Below, in pieces: positions 21,058 to 36,200 of a DNA stretch of 64,000 bases (position 1 is the first letter of the stretch; the number at the start of each line of letters is the position of its first letter). A program made the translations under genes and the position numbers. The DNA is from Fistulifera solaris (taxonomy: Eukaryota): contig AP026131.1 of NCBI GenBank assembly GCA_030295235.1, positions 1,426,001-1,490,000 on the forward strand. The letters run 5' to 3'. Below the pieces are notes generated by a model. The model saw only the letters and a program-made list of their open reading frames with translations, searched no databases and was not told the DNA's origin.

Positions 21058-22627
21058 TTTAAATGGCCTAGTTCTGGAAAACACAAATCAGTATTGAGAT
21101 GCGCATTGAAGCGATAACATAAACAGGCTTTCTCTCACAACTCAATGTCTGCAAGAATGTTAATAATTGTCTTCATTGCGATTTTGTTTTTTTTTGTTCT
21201 AACTATCGACGGATCTCAAGAGAGCCAAAGTGAAAATAACTTCAATAAGAGTAGACGACGCAAAAAACTAACACAATCCTAAATATTTATTCCTACCTGG
21301 TAATTTCCTAAAGTCCGAATGAATTTTGACACTAGACTGATTTTTCCACTGTTTTTCCTCCTTTGTCACAAATATTCCGATTCCGATATGGCACTTTGCC
21401 GAGTAAGTGCTAGGGCTCGAGAGCCTTAGTGCTAGTGGGGGGCAAAGTCCCGAACCCAACCCCAATGAGGGGGGAAATCGTCTTGGCATTCCTTCTCTTG
21501 GATATTCCGAAGAAGCATACTAACCGACCGGACAAGAGAAGGACGACTCCGATGCGCGCTTTGATGAACCGACAAATCTCTAAGTATTGCCTTGTTGTTC
21601 TCTCGATGCTGAAATTTCTTGCTGTCCCATCATATCGTCAATGGCATTCAGACGACGCGAAAATCATGAGTCGTCCATCAGGCACAAAAAGGTAGATTGG
21701 TAACAACAATAGACGACGCGAAAAATATGCGCCAGGCACACCACACACAGGTAGCTCGGTCTCGTAAAGATTAAGTGCGTGTTTTGTCCGTGCCTGATGA
21801 TAAGCTTGTAAACCACCATTTATGAGCGGTCGACATGGCGGCTGTGTCGACTGGTCAAGCTAACGGGACATGCTCCCGACGAGGGCGCCGCTAAAGCGCG
21901 GACATAATGGACGCCACTCCTCTTAATGGATAAAAGATTTCGGTGAACGTGCCACATCGATTTCTATTATCTTCAGACCCCATCAAAGTTGCTTTTAAAC
22001 GTCCTATGCATCCGCTTTGCACGTTAAAGGGCTTTAATACAAATAATTGTTTCGCCCTTCGAGGCTGCGTTGGGAATTGATCCGAATGCATTGATTACGC
22101 AATTTTTTCTTCTCACGCTAAGTCTGCTTCGAGCTTCAATTAAACCACCTAGCTTATAAACTATTAAAAATTCATTCATCACCAGATCAACTCAAATCAC
22201 TTGCTCCAGCGTTGCTGGTACACTCATGAATAGAAATGAATTTTTTGGGTGATCCGATATTATGCCCGTGAATGATTTGACGTGCATATTTCTTTAAGGC
22301 CAACTAACCAGAAAAATGTTAAGACATACAAGAACGGATAGGGTAGCCAACAACTCACTTGTATCGGGTGCTAGCGACACGGAAAAGAGAAAAGCGTAAT
22401 GCTTCTCAATCATTTTCATATTGAGTAAGATATGGTGTTTGCTAACTTTCAATTTCATTAACGTATGTTTGCAAACGTTACATAACAGCGTTGTCGAGCC
22501 AAATGGTTTTCAAAAAAGTATAATCAATCATGACTGTCCCTTTTCTTAGTAATTTTTTATTCGAAATGATTTTTATAGTTATTATACTTAACCGACTATA
22601 AAGTTTACCGCATGGATCAGAACCATA

Positions 22628-22874
22628 ATGTTTTGATTAACCACGTGTTCGTTACAACCGAAATGTCATCAACCGAAGTTGTTAAAAGACACCTAAGGGG
22701 GCCATCTGAGTGGAGATGTTAAAGGAAAGGGGGATTCCAGATGAGTAATACATGTTTCGATTAACCGTGTTCGTTAGAACCAAAATGTCATCAACCGAAG
22801 TTGTTAGAAGACACTAAAGGGGGCCATCTGAGGGGAGATGTTAAGGGGAAAGGGGGATTCCAGATGAGTAATAC
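22628..22874. repeat. Two-copy ~123-bp tandem direct repeat
   Basis: atgtt(t/c)gattaacc...aaatgtcatcaaccgaagttgtta...ggccatctgag...gggggattccagatgagtaatac present at 22628-22751 and 22752-22874. Confidence 0.9.
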
Positions 22875-23856
22875 CCAGTTGCAGTTCTAATAGGGCCCAC
22901 GCTGTTAGAGCGTCTCAATAGAGTATCCGAATCCAAACCAAATTGGTCTCCAATTAGGGCCGCCAATAAACGGATAAAATCCTGTACATGACGCGTCCAA
23001 CATGGTTTGTCTGATTTTCTTAAGAGCTCATTAACGCATCTGCTTAACCAGAACATATGCCAATAAAAGGGCTCAAACTTTTTCAAGGATGGATAGGCTA
23101 GGCTACGGTAAAATTAATGAGTCAAACGCTACTGGTTGCTTTCATTGAAAAAAAACTTGTGCGAATAAAAGATAGCTACGACCGGAAGCTTAACCGTTAA
23201 CCGATCTTTTTCCGTCGGCGTTAACTAAACTCTCGACGTCAAATCAGAAAACATGGATAAAAAATTCCTAAAAATGTGTAAAGAAGAAGATTTTGCTTGG
23301 CTTTCATCTCATATTTTTCCTTGTCGATTGTCCTTATCATGACTTCACTAAGAACACCAGAGATTGCGTGACGGCGTATCTTCAGATTCGGACAGAAAAA
23401 ATATGTGTGTTTGTCGTTGTCCTAAAAACTAACAAACAATTGGGCTACTGGAGTTGCCATGATACGCATTTGTGCTTTATCTTGAGTATATCACAATGAT
23501 GTGGACATTAGACGACGGCATGTATAGCGTTGGCATTTCAAATTGGGGATCGCTTTTGATCGTGGTTCTCCTACCATTGGATGTAAAATATCAAATTGTT
23601 CAAAACTAATCATTTCTCAATTAAAGCTAATGACCCCAATTCCCGTCGAACGAAAAAAAACAGAACCTGAGGAATGAAATCATAAGTTCAAATCTCAAAA
23701 CTATCCTTATTATGCATTCCCCAATGTCAAAGAATTCTCGTTTTTGTGGTAATGTAAGGCAGGACTCGCTCGAGTGAAGGGCAGGACCAGAGTACGTTTC
23801 CCAGTGAGGGGGATGACCAGTTGGAATACCACGTAATGTGTGGCACTCTTTCTCTC

Positions 23857-24020
23857 GTATTTCGAAGGAGCGTACCAACCGAGCGGCTCGAAGAAAAACC
23901 ACTTAATTTTTATCCTTGAAGGTACCTCTTGTATTTCGAAGGAGCGAACTCACCGAACGGCTCGAAGAAGGACCACTCACGCGCGCTTTAATGAACGATT
24001 TTTATCCTTGAAGGTACCTC
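23857..24020. repeat. Two-copy ~75-90-bp imperfect tandem repeat
   Basis: gtatttcgaaggagcg...cggctcgaagaa...tttttatccttgaaggtacctct occurs twice. Confidence 0.85.
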
Positions 24021-24922
24021 TCTAATGGATTTTTTAGCGCCACAAACAAAATCCTAAATATTATTGCTCCTTTTTCGATGAAGTTGCACTGCTAGCGCCT
24101 TGATAATTCATTCAGAATCATTAGATGCAATCTGTCAATGTGGAATAGACTGAGGGAGTAAAACATCGTATCTGTGTTTTAGCATGACAAGGTATAATAA
24201 GTCATGCGGAATGGCAGCCATTGGCTGATTGGCTTTAACTTCTACAAGCGTACCTGAAGCGACTGTCGGATCTTGTGTCTTGTTCCTGGATTCTGGATCT
24301 CTTGTTCTCCCCCTGTCCTCCGTCCTCTCCTTTACTTCTCAAGGCAACCAAAATCTAGATAGGATGTAAAAGTGAAATCAATTGTTTCCCATTTCCTTGC
24401 AGAGTGCAGAGCGACAGTTACTGGAACCGATTCACGAGTGTCAGTGAGGAGCAAGTTGTGGACTTAAGGCTCGAGGAAAATATGCATAATTATCCAAGTT
24501 CCAGTGAAACAAACAAAGAAGACCGAAAGACGGACGACTTGAGCCTTTACCACTCTAGAGATGTCTTTGTCCTAATTTCTTATTTCTAACTCCTAATGAT
24601 AATGATAGAGGATACTGTATAGAGAATAGAGAGAATGAATCAAGGTTCCAGGGAGCAGTACTATGGGTTCTATGGTACAATGCGAATGCTGCACGACTGC
24701 GCGAAGCGCGAAATACGAAAGACTTCTTGATCCTGGATCTTTTGGTTCTTTCGCTTGAAACTTGACAGCGTCATCTCTTGCATGCTGCCATGTGCCAGTG
24801 TATCATTCTTGACAAACTTTAACGAAAGTGCAGCGGACGAGTTCGCCGCTGACCTCGGATCTTGGATCGTGCTTGCTTAAAAAAAATCTTTTTTTGTGCT
24901 CTTTCTTTGACTCTTCCGCGCA

Positions 24923-26079
24923 ATGAAAATGGTTATTCACCGTCGTCCAGTTTTTCCGTCTCTGGCGCGTGTCTTTGTCGGCACTTTATTGTTGCTTTCG
25001 TTCGTTAACGACGTGAAAGCTCAGCAATCCTGCAGCGCCCCGCAAAGTGTGCAAGTCCCAACGTCGATCGACGTGGTGGTCGAAGGGTCCAACGATTCCG
25101 GTTTTCTCGATGACCCGTGCAACGCTCCTACGTTGCCAGCCGGTCAATGGCTGAGCTACACTCCTGTCGAGTCGCGCATTGTCCATTTGATCTTGACTTC
25201 CACCGACAGTTTCGGGGTGTCCATTCCCCCCAAAATTGCGGTCTATCAAGGCGAATGTGAGGCACTTAGCTGTATCGGTAAAACCGATATTTCCGAATAC
25301 GAGTTGCTTGTTGAAATGACCGGTGGCGAAGAATACTTGATCTTTATCTTTTCACGATATGGTCAGCCGTTCCCTCATGCGCTCTCCATAGAGGAATACG
25401 AGCCACCGACCGCTGAACGACAATTGGGACGGTGCCATTGAATTCATGCAAGATGATCTGCCTTTTCAGGCCGAACATTCTTTGGTGGGTGCACTCTCTG
25501 ATTTCGATCTCGATGATTGCAGCTTGGATGGGACTTATGCAGTGTGGTATAAGTACACCACAGCATTGCCAGAAGAAATCGTCTATTTCTCCGCGACAAC
25601 CAGAGATTACACGCTCAGCTTGCAGAGGTATAACGTCATTGGGGTTCAGTCGCTTGTGAATGACTTATTTACTTGTGTTGCTGCTGCCAACGATTTGGAA
25701 AAATCGGTTTCATGGGTTGCGGAAGCGAATGTTCCTTATTATATTCTTGTCGGCGACGTCGTTCCGTACAGCGACAGTATCTTTACGGTCACCGTGGAGT
25801 CCGGCGGCGTACCAGAGACCAGTATTCCTGAACCGGTTTCATCTCCGCCTGTTTCGGCGCCAGATACTATCGATGAAGGATCGGATTCAGCGACGTCTCC
25901 TGCCCCGATTTCATCCCCCCGTTGCTGATGATTCTTCGCCAGTTGCGGCGCCTACTACAACGACAGGAGGAAATTCTACTGCAGCTCCTTCCGTATCCGG
26001 AGCTATTGACTTGCTGGAATCCGCTTTCAAAACTCAAATGATGGCGTTTCTTTTCTTGTTGTGGTTCCTCGTCGCGTAA
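24923..26079 (+). CDS. Secreted, probably GPI-anchored, Cys-containing surface protein; frameshifts near 25420 and 25920
   Basis: N-terminal hydrophobic leader ending VKA-QQ. Two related domains (C..GQWLSYTP..LSC..EEYLIFI and DDC..AVWYKYT..FTC..VPYYILV), a Ser/Pro/Thr stalk and a hydrophobic C-terminus. Confidence 0.7.
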
Positions 26080-26483
26080 TAAATGAGGCGCAAAGAAAGT
26101 ATGTTAAGTTTACCAGGTAGGGTCAAGAATGAAGACGCTCTTTACCAGTAAACCTTACGTAGCGATAAAAGTTGATAATCAGAGAGTTTACCTTCTTCAA
26201 AGGCTTGTAATGTTACGAAATGGGAGGTCAACATGCTTCAATAATAATGCAAACGATCGCTATCGTCGTTGAAAATCTCATCGCCATTGAATGACGTCGG
26301 TTTCGTGACCCAACTCGGTAAGACTCAGACCTCTTTTCAGAAAAAAAAATGACACACGCGATGAGATGCGACGATGACGATCATATAAATAATAATCATA
26401 ATAGCAAGTTACAAGGTATTGATTGTTATTATCTTTCATCCTCCTTGATTCATCTCATTTTCTGACAAGAAACTCTCGAAAAC

Positions 26484-27472
26484 ATGTCAGCGGCAGCAAC
26501 TTCGTGCGAAGCCGACACAACGACGTCGTTCCTTTCGTCGTCTCTCTTTACGGCACTCGCTTTCCTGTTTGCCTTTCCGACACTCTTCTGGTTCGTTGCG
26601 TATTTGATTCCACAAATCTACATGGCCTTTCGACCCGTTCCTAATTTGAAAAAGAAATACGCCGCCGAATGGGCTTTAGTAACGGGTGGAGGCAGTGGAA
26701 TTGGGAAAGCATTGTGTTTTGCACTCGCACAACAAGGATTAAATGTGGTTGTCGTTTCCTTGGACGATGATTTTCTCAAAACGACGATGCAAGAATTAAA
26801 GCGACAATTTCCGAAACAAGAATTCCGTTCAGTAGGAGTCAATTTCGCACCCGGCGTGAAATACATGGATGCTGTTATTAAAGCCACGAAAGATATTCAC
26901 ATCCCCATCGTCTTTTTGCAATGCTGGGTTCATGGTGACGGGTTTTCTCGATCAAGCTCCTATTGAAAAGCTACTTGCCAATATTGAATGCAACGCTACT
27001 TCCGCCGTCAATGTTTCGCATCATTTCGTGAAAATACTGGTACAAAACAAACAAAAAGGTTGCATTGTCTTTACCAGTAGTGTCGCTGGATTCATTCCGA
27101 CACCGTTCGCGGCCATGTACGCCAGTACCAAAGCCTTTGTCTCCCAATTTGCCGCTTGTTTGCACATTGAAGTCAAACCGCTCGGTATTGATGTGTGTGC
27201 GATCCATCCATCGCCCGTGGCTTCCAACTTTTATCACAAACTTGATCACAAGGTGGATATGATTGAAGCGGCGGCGAAATCGGCCGTCACGCCAGAAAGT
27301 GTCACCAATGACATGTTGCGGAGTATTGGGCCTTGTGCTTTGCGGGATATGGGTGGATTGGCGTGGGGAACACGCATGGGGACATTCTTTTGCCCTACAA
27401 CTTCTTTGCGGAAGTGTTTGCATTCTTTGCACCCTTTTGCCGGATTGGAAGACGCACAATCAGCATCGTTGA
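26484..27472 (+). CDS. Short-chain dehydrogenase/reductase, 17beta-HSD12 / very-long-chain 3-oxoacyl-CoA reductase-like; frameshifts near 26915 and 27390
   Basis: N-terminal TM helix, LKKKYAAEWALVTGGGSGIG, NAG, TSSVAG and YASTK. Confidence 0.88.
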
Positions 27473-27676
27473 ATGGAGGACGAAGAGGATGAAACAATGA
27501 GGTTGTTGGAGAATGGCTTATCAGATTATGAATCAGCTACCGCTTATGTGGTATAAACACGTGGCTCAATAAATATTAACTGATTATTTGGAAAAACTGT
27601 TCACGATGTCAAATATGTATCAATATAGATTCAAAACAATTGTGCGAACACATGAACAAAAACGTCATCGTGTCGC

Positions 27677-30600
27677 CTAGTAACTGCCCTGTGGCTGGAA
27701 CGTCGTTGCGGTGGACTCTTCACCCAGCATTGTAGAAAGCGCTTGGCTCACCAAAGGATCTGCCGCGTACATGCGAATCCGTTCACTGGTTGCCGGCATT
27801 CGCATTTCAAAATACTGTTGGTCGTTCAAATTGGATTTGCGCGCGGCAATCAAAGCATCCTTAATGGCGTAAAAGACCTGTGGAAGAAAGAAAATATGAA
27901 AAGTTTTAGCAAACGACGTGTCAAATCAACAAGCGATCAACCATCTTGAACTCACAGATGTTCCCAAAACAAATGGTGGTTCACCGACAGCTTTGCTGCT
28001 GTGAACTGCGAACGGATTATCAACATTCTCGAGAAGCGAAACATTGAAAATTTCTGGAACATCATTGAAGGCAGGTATCTTGTAGGTTCCGGGTCCGGCT
28101 GTAAAGACAGTGCCCCGAGGACCACACCACCTATGATCGTCGTCCGAGTAAATGACTTCTTCCATCGTACTCCAGCCCATTCCCTGAATAAATGCACCTT
28201 CAATCTGACCGATATCGATGGCTGGGTTGATACTAGATCCGACGTCCACCAGGACATCAGCGCGAAGCGTCTTATGGTTACCAGTTAGTAGGTCGAGTTC
28301 TACTTCCGCACAGGCAACGCCCTGCGTGAAGCTGTTAACAAACAGAAAACAATGTTAGATGACGAACTGTCAAGGAGAACAAGTATTCATGACTTGCTTC
28401 TACTTACTAGTTGAAGGGATGCCCTTTCCACGAGTTCTCGGGTGCATCGTCAGGAAAGTCCTCGGGCTTGTTTTTGGTCCAATCAAACCCACACCTACTA
28501 GTGTCAAGCGCGAAGAAACCATGAGCGGAAAGATCTATCCTTTCCATGTGAGCAGCCAAAGCAATTTCTTTGAGCGTTGCGTCAGGGCCAAGCTTATGCT
28601 GAATAGGTTTAATGCGAGCAATTATCTGGCGACAAGCGTCCAAGGTTGCCATTCCGTACATATCCGTCGACATGGACGCCGCGGTAGGAATAGCATTGGG
28701 AACTTTGTCACTGCTGCTATCATTCACATAAACATTCTCCAGCGGGATTCCAAAAGCTTGTGCCGCGACTTGACAGACCTTCGTGTGAAGACCTTGTCCC
28801 ATTTCCGTTCCTCCGTGACTCACTAAGACAGTACCGTCTGTATACAAGTGAACTAGCGCCCCTCCCTGGTTCATGAACTTCGCAGTAAACGCGATTCCGA
28901 ATTTCGTTGGCAGAACGGCAAGTCCTCGCTTGACCCATTTGTGCTTGGCATTGAAAGCGTCGATTTCCTTGCGACGTTCAACGACATTTTGATCCCTGTA
29001 TATACGATCCCACATGGATGGCACATTCCACTTTCCTGAAAATTGTTCTCCAATTATCATGCCGAAATGCATGTGATGACCAATTTGATAAAAGTTATCT
29101 TTGCGAATCTTGTCACCGGGCACCTTGCATGCTGTCGCAAGGTGGTCGATCACATGTTCAGCAACAACCTGTTGAAAAGCAATTCAAGTTTAGTTACGAA
29201 AGTGTAACGCTGCCATCTACGCCGAAACAGATCTTCTTACCATGCCTTGGGGACCCTAAACAATGAATAGCATTTGCAACATAGTGAGAAATGACATTGT
29301 GCAAGACGACCACAGCCGAAGGTCAACGTATTTACTACTTACTCCAAAGCCTCGAAACGCTGTGTGGGGAGGCTGAACGGTCTTGCAAGGTACACCCTCA
29401 ATCCTAAAGCGCGTTGTATGTGTGAGTGACGAAAAACAAGAATCAGCCATTGTATAGACAAAGTGTGATCGTACCTGAAATGGGGATAATAATAGCATCC
29501 GTCTACATGAAAAAGAGCTCGATCCATCACTGGACTGGATAAGTCCAAGCCTGACCCAGCATTGTTGAATAGTTTGGCATCGAAAGCAACAAGCTTTGCA
29601 CCATTTTCCGTAATTTCGGCACTGGCTGAGTAATAGGTAATAAAACAGTGACGAGTACCTGTCGTCTCTGTCGACAAAAAGTTTACAGCTAAGTGAGCGG
29701 TGTGAATAGCGCCATCTTTTTCAGTTTTGCACTTACTCATGTCAACGTCACGTCCTAGTGTCAAGCGTACAGGTCGATTGGATATCTTCGCAGCGACAGC
29801 CGCAGCGCAAGAAGCAAAGACGCTCCTCGTTTCCTTTCCTCCAAAGCCGCCACCCATTCGCTTCATACGTACTACGACTTTATTCGCTGGCGTGCCAGTT
29901 GCTGATGCAGCAAACATCTGTGTTTTATTGGTGGCTTGGGTGGAGCAATAAATCGTCAAGTCATTTTCGGAGGGGATGCACAAACTACAGTTAGTTTCCA
30001 AATAAAAATGCTCTTGGGCACCCGATTTGAAAACTCCCGAAACTTTAACAATGTCTCCGACCTTTGGTTCGCCCTTGGAAATCCTCTGTGGTGGCCAAAC
30101 TGTTAAGAACGCTTACGTCACCACGTTCAAGTCCGTGACGTCCAATTTCGTAGAAACTTCCCGCTTCAATCGCATCTTCAATAGAAACAATTATCTTTTT
30201 GGAACTAGCAGCACCGTACTCAATCTTACAACTACGGGCGCCCAATTCAGCACTTTCCAGAGTTTCCGCGACGACGATAGCGAGAACCTGCCCGACCATT
30301 CGAATCTCTTCACCCGGTGGAAGGAATACGGTTTCGTCCTTGACGACTGGGCCATACTCGTTCTTTCCGCCAAGTTTGATCAAGTCGTCGTAGCCATAGA
30401 CCGCTACAACGCCCGGTATCGAAAGTGCAGGAGCCGCATCCAAAGATTCAAATGTCACCCCGCATTGCTTCGCTTGGACCAGATACGCTTGTAAGGAACC
30501 GGGAGGGAGTGGGATATCATCAACGTACACGGCTTCTCCCGTGCAATGAAGAGGACCCGACATGTGTGTAGCTGCTTTTCCCACTTCGGCCGCCACTTTT

Positions 30601-32760
30601 GTCGATTCGCTATCCAGGTCCACCGAGGGCAAGCTTTTGTCTTCAAGACCACTGGCCACTTTCGGAGCAGGATACGTTTGAACTCCGTAAAACTGGGGCT
30701 TTGGTTTGCTCAAAAACGTCTTGGCACCACTCATTTCTTGATCATCTACAGCCGGGGCAGTTGGCAAGTCACCAACCAATGACAACAACGAAGGATCTTC
30801 CTTAATCTTTTGAATGTCTACCTGCAATTCCTCGACGCACTGCAAGTAAAATTTGTAAAGGAAAGACGCCGCAAGTGACATGCGAAACGCTGCTTGACCA
30901 CCGGGAACACTCGGTGGGAGCTTGAGCTCGTTCAGTAACGTCTCCCGTGCCACATCGAATGTCGCGGCACAGAATTCGGCACCAATTAAGACAGCAGCCG
31001 TTTGACTGGCCATGACGGTCGTCGGAGCCATACCTCCAAACGCCAATGCCGCGTCAGCAATTTTGTACGTTCCATCTTGCACCTGTAACTTGATGCGCAT
31101 CGATGCGGTGACAATACTAATATCATCTTCTCGACGACGCGCCTGCTTGAATGGCTTGTAATACTCCAAAACAGGAGCCACCAAAGGAATCTCGACACGC
31201 TCCACAATTTCATTGGATTTCAAATCGACGGTACGGTATTTGAGAAAGAACTCCGATACCCGAATCGTTCGACGCTGGATGCTTTCGTCACTGAGCGATG
31301 TCAATACGAGTGTGGCGCCACTCGCCGCCAACATCGGATTCATGTCGGAAATGGGACTCGCCGTGACCAAGTTTCCTCCCAAACAGGCAACATTGCGAAT
31401 TTGCGTGGAAGCAAACCACCGGAGCATGTCATGAATGGGCAGAGTCGTGCGCAACAAACGATCTTGTTGCGACCATTCGTGACATTTCTGTTGAATTGTA
31501 CTCAACGGACAACACGATCCAATCATCAAACAATTGTCAACGACTTCCATGCCGTAGATTTCTGTAATTCGATCCGAAGGACTCACCAAACGCGGATACA
31601 CGGCTTGCTTGAATTTCGTTTCAATGCCCACTTCGGTATTTCCCACCACAATTTTGCATCCACCTGCAAATTCTTTCAACAATGAAAGTAATTCCACGAA
31701 TGTCGTCGGCTTGAACCAGGTTCCGCCGGCTTGATATTCCGTCGTATCCACAACCATGAGAGATTGTGTCAATGCTTCCGATTCCTCTAGTAACTCTGCC
31801 GGAAACATTTGATTGGCTTGTTGACTCCAATCTTCCTTGTGTTTCATAAAGGTCTCTTGATACATTTGTTGTTTGTCTTTTGATGAGGAAGAACAGCACT
31901 GGTCGTTGACATTGCATTCCTGTTGACACGTGTCTCGTTCGGGACAGTCCCGACACGGCGTCCCACACGGTCCTTTCACAGCATCATCACACAACGACCG
32001 CGCTGCATCCCAAATGGGACGATATCCGGTACAGCGACACAAATTTCCATCCAAATGTTCTTCCAAATAGTCCGTGGAAGGATGATTCGTCAACAATGTA
32101 TAAATGCTCACAATGATCCCGGGTGTACAGAATCCACACTGCGATCCATGCAAATCGACCATGGCTTGTTGGACGGGATGCAATTGGGTGTGCACGGAAC
32201 CAATCCCTTCAATGGTGGTAATATGATATCCATCTGCGGCCAAAATGGGCATCAAACACGCATTGGCGGCCATGTGTCTATTAGAGTAGAAATAGATAAG
32301 GAGAGAGTGAAGAGAAGAAGGAGAATGCAAATGTGAGCCTATATCTTTCACTGCATTTCTTCTTTAAACGCACACACACAATCTTTTGTACGTACTGTAA
32401 CGTCCCGTTACTACTATTCTTCTTGGACAACATGACGGTACAAGCGCCACAGCCTCCTTCCGCACATCCCAATTTGGAACCTTTCAATTGCAACACGTCT
32501 CTCAAGAAGGAAAGCAGTGTTTGATTCGGACGCGCTTTTACAGCCTGTGCGAGAGGAACTTTCCGTCCATTGACAAACAGAAGAGGCGTCGTGCGGTATC
32601 CTACGAGTATAGAATAAATAAGTGAGTATAAAATTCTTTGTATACGCTGGCAACTCTTCTAGATTCTTTTCGTTCGTTCCTTCGTACCTTTCTTTTGATA
32701 CAAGGGAATGCGTGACACATCTTCATTTTCGTAATACAACGTGGTTTGATTGGGTGGCAT
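27677..32760 (-). CDS. XDH: Xanthine dehydrogenase, multi-exon
   Basis: 2Fe-2S motifs [23 protein letters not shown] and [12 protein letters not shown] motifs [16 protein letters not shown] and [10 protein letters not shown]. Moco motifs [31 protein letters not shown] and SSKAVGEPP. Ends FQPQGSY*. Confidence 0.97.
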
Positions 32761-33252
32761 TCTTGCTGTTTGTTGCTTGTGATAGAACTTTCTTTCTTAA
32801 ATTGTTTCTGCTTTGGAGTAAATGAAATGCAATCTTTATTGCAATAGGAATGAATCTTTTATACCTTTTCCTTCGTTATAACTTCTTCATCGTCGTCGTT
32901 TTCCGGATCTTCCGAACGATCCTGCGGAACATCCCAAAAGGGAAACGGCGTTGTGGGGAGCTTTGTCGCGGTGACGTTTTCGAGAGTGGAAAACGAGTAA
33001 TTGTACGACATAGACCGGGAAACGATCTTCGGCTCTCGACTTGCCGGCGCGTTTCACCGTTGATTACCGTTAGTACAATTTAATTTAACACTCGGAAACA
33101 ACCTTTCTCCGTTGGTAGGTCAACAACGACCCAGAAGTCGTGCGGAAGGAGGAGCCAAAGACACACACGCGACGACACGAGTGTTGTCAAAACAAAAGAA
33201 GATCGGCTTCATTCTTTCATTCCTATCACTTCTTCTTTCCTTTCTTTTCAAC

Positions 33253-36200
33253 ATGTCACACAACAACAACAATCCCCTCCATATTGGTATTCTCGGCCTC
33301 GAAGTTTACACGCCGCGGACCTACATACAACAAACCGAACTCGAACAGCATCTCCAAGTTCCGGCGGGGAAATTTACGATCGGCTTGGGACAAGAAGGTT
33401 TGGCCGTGACCGGCGATGTCGAAGATATTAATAGTATTTGTTTGACGGTCGTGCATCAATTGCTCGAAAAGTATGTACGGAGTACAATTGTTCTGATGTG
33501 TAAATGTCACTAAGTATTCACTCAACTCATTCAAACTCACTCTCTCGAATAGATACAACTTGGATCCACAGTCGATCGGACGTGTCGAAGTTGGTACCGA
33601 AACATTGATTGACAAATCGAAAAGCACCAAAACCGTCCTCATGGAATTGTTTCCCGACAACAGTGATATCGAAGGTGCGACCATTGTCAATGCGTGTTAT
33701 GGAGGAACGGCGGCGTTCTTGAATGCGTGTGCGTGGTGTTCACTGGACGAACGACTAGCGATTGTGGTGGCGGCCGATATTGCCACCTACGCGGCCGGAC
33801 CGGCGCGTCCGACGTGTGGCGTCGGGGCCGTCGCTGTCTTGGTCGGACGCGATGCGCCGTTGGTACTTGGTGAGAGAGCGACGCATGCGTCGCATGTGTG
33901 GGATTTTTATAAACCCAATCCTGTCAGTGAATATCCCGTCGTGGAAGGTGCCTTATCGCAACTGTGTTACTACCAAGCCCTGGAAGATTGTTACGCCAGA
34001 TGGTCGCAAAAGACAAACACGACGGCGACTACACCGGATTATTGGGTCTTTCATGCCCCCTACAACAAATTGGTGCAAAAATCCTACGCGCGATTGTTTT
34101 ATATTGATTCTTTAAAGCAAGATAATACGCCTCTTGAAAAATGGCGTGATATGGATCGCATACAATCGTATCATGACAAAGAATTAGAGGCGGCATTGAA
34201 ACAACACAGTGCCTCCGCGTATCAACAAAAATTGACCGATGCCAATCACGCGAGTCAACAAGTCGGAAATACGTATACGGCCTCAGTCTTTTGGGACTCT
34301 GTAGTTTGATCAGTCGTCGCTCGTTGGTGCCGGAACAGCAGATTGCCGTCTTTTCGTACGGTTCCGGGGCACTCGCGACCTTGTATTCCTTGCATGTGTA
34401 AGTATTGCTTGTTGCGGTGTGTGTTTGTGTCGTTCCAAATAATTTCGTGCTACTCATCCTAATCTCTTTTTTATTCGAAACAGCCGCACACCGACGCAAC
34501 AAACCGAATTCACGACGGAACGGATGCAGCAGGTATTACAACTGGAGACACGATTGTCGATGCGCGAACAAGTCGCCGCGCGCGAATTGGATTTGGCATT
34601 GGATACAAGGGCCAAGATGCATACGAGTGGCGTGCCCTATACACCTTTCTATCCGCACGATCGATTGTTTCCAGGAACGTATTATTTGACGCACATCGAT
34701 GCGCAATGGCGACGACATTACGCCCGAACACCCGTCGGGCCGATGACGCCGTGGGACGGTGTCGTGCGTCCACTCCAACCGGCTCCCTCGATTCGATCGT
34801 TTGCGGATGAAACTGATCTTTCGGCGTGCTATATTACTGGGACAGCGGCGGGTTTGCCTGGACAAGAACAAGTGTTTCGTGCCGACAATTTGGAGCGTTT
34901 ACTGAAAGGTGAAAATTGTATTTCGGCTGTTGATGTTAAAGTGCAACAATCCATGTTGGACAAGAATATCATTTTATTGAAAAGAATCCCGACCAGACGG
35001 CTCACAAGATACCCTTGACGGAGACAACCGATATGATTCAATTGGCGGCGCAGCTGGGGGCATTCGATTTGACGGAACGGTATGGGGTACCGAGTGGTTT
35101 GGCCAAAACTATGGATGTGGCGGCACAAGTCGCGGTTGCGGCTGGATTGGAAGCCTTGAAGAATGCTGGGCTGGTTTCGGGACGATCGAGCGATTCGTCC
35201 GAATGGAAATTGCCGGAAGCTTTGCAAGCCGATACCGGTGTCGTGTACGCGAGTTCCTTTCCGGCCATGGATGCGGCCATTGGAGAAGTCGTCCGATATT
35301 TTTCCTCTTCCACTCCAAAAGATAACCATCAACTCATTCAGGCACTCCGTCAGCGAATGTTGGATGTTCAGGGTACCTTGTCGTCAGAAGATGAAGATGC
35401 TTTGGCCCATTTGAAACAGCAAGCAGCAATGACGAATGGGCACAAAACAACCACCCGCTACGCGTTCGACCGTAAGTTCTTGTTTCGGGTCCTTGTGTTG
35501 GGAAATGCACAGTTGGCGCAACTTGCAGGTTGCAAAGGCCCCAACACGCAGACCAATGCAGCGTGCGCCGGAACAACACAGGCGATCAGTATGGCTCACG
35601 ATATGCTAGTAGCAGGACGGGCGGCACGCGTCGTCGTGATAGCGGGCGACAATGCGGCAGGACCGACGCTACTTCCTTGGCTGGGCAGTGGTTTCCGTGT
35701 ATTGGGCGCTGCGACCTGCAAATCCACAGTAGAAGAAGCGGCTCTTCCGTTCGATAAGCGGAGATCGGGTATGCTGTTGGGCGCAGGAGGCATTGGACTG
35801 GTTTTGGAGACGGCCCCAAGCATTCGATTGCGACAACTCAGCACTCTTCCCTGCGTACGATTGTTGGCAACTCAGTACAGCAACTCAGCATTTCACGGTG
35901 CGGCTTTGGATCGCCATCATATTGGCTCCGAACTGGTTCGCTTTCTCAACGATATCCAGAAGCGTTTTGGAATCACCAAGACGCAGATTGCTACGGAAGG
36001 TGTATACTTTTCTCACGAAACGTGCACGCACGCATCTGATGCATCGTCTTGTGCCGGAAATGAAGTTGCGGCATTGCGTCAAGCTTTTGGTGACGATTTA
36101 CCGAAGCTGTTGATTGTCAATACGAAAGGTTACACAGGCCATCCCATGGGCGTCTCATTTGAGGACGTCGCCGCAGTGGCGGTTCTGCATCATCAACAGG

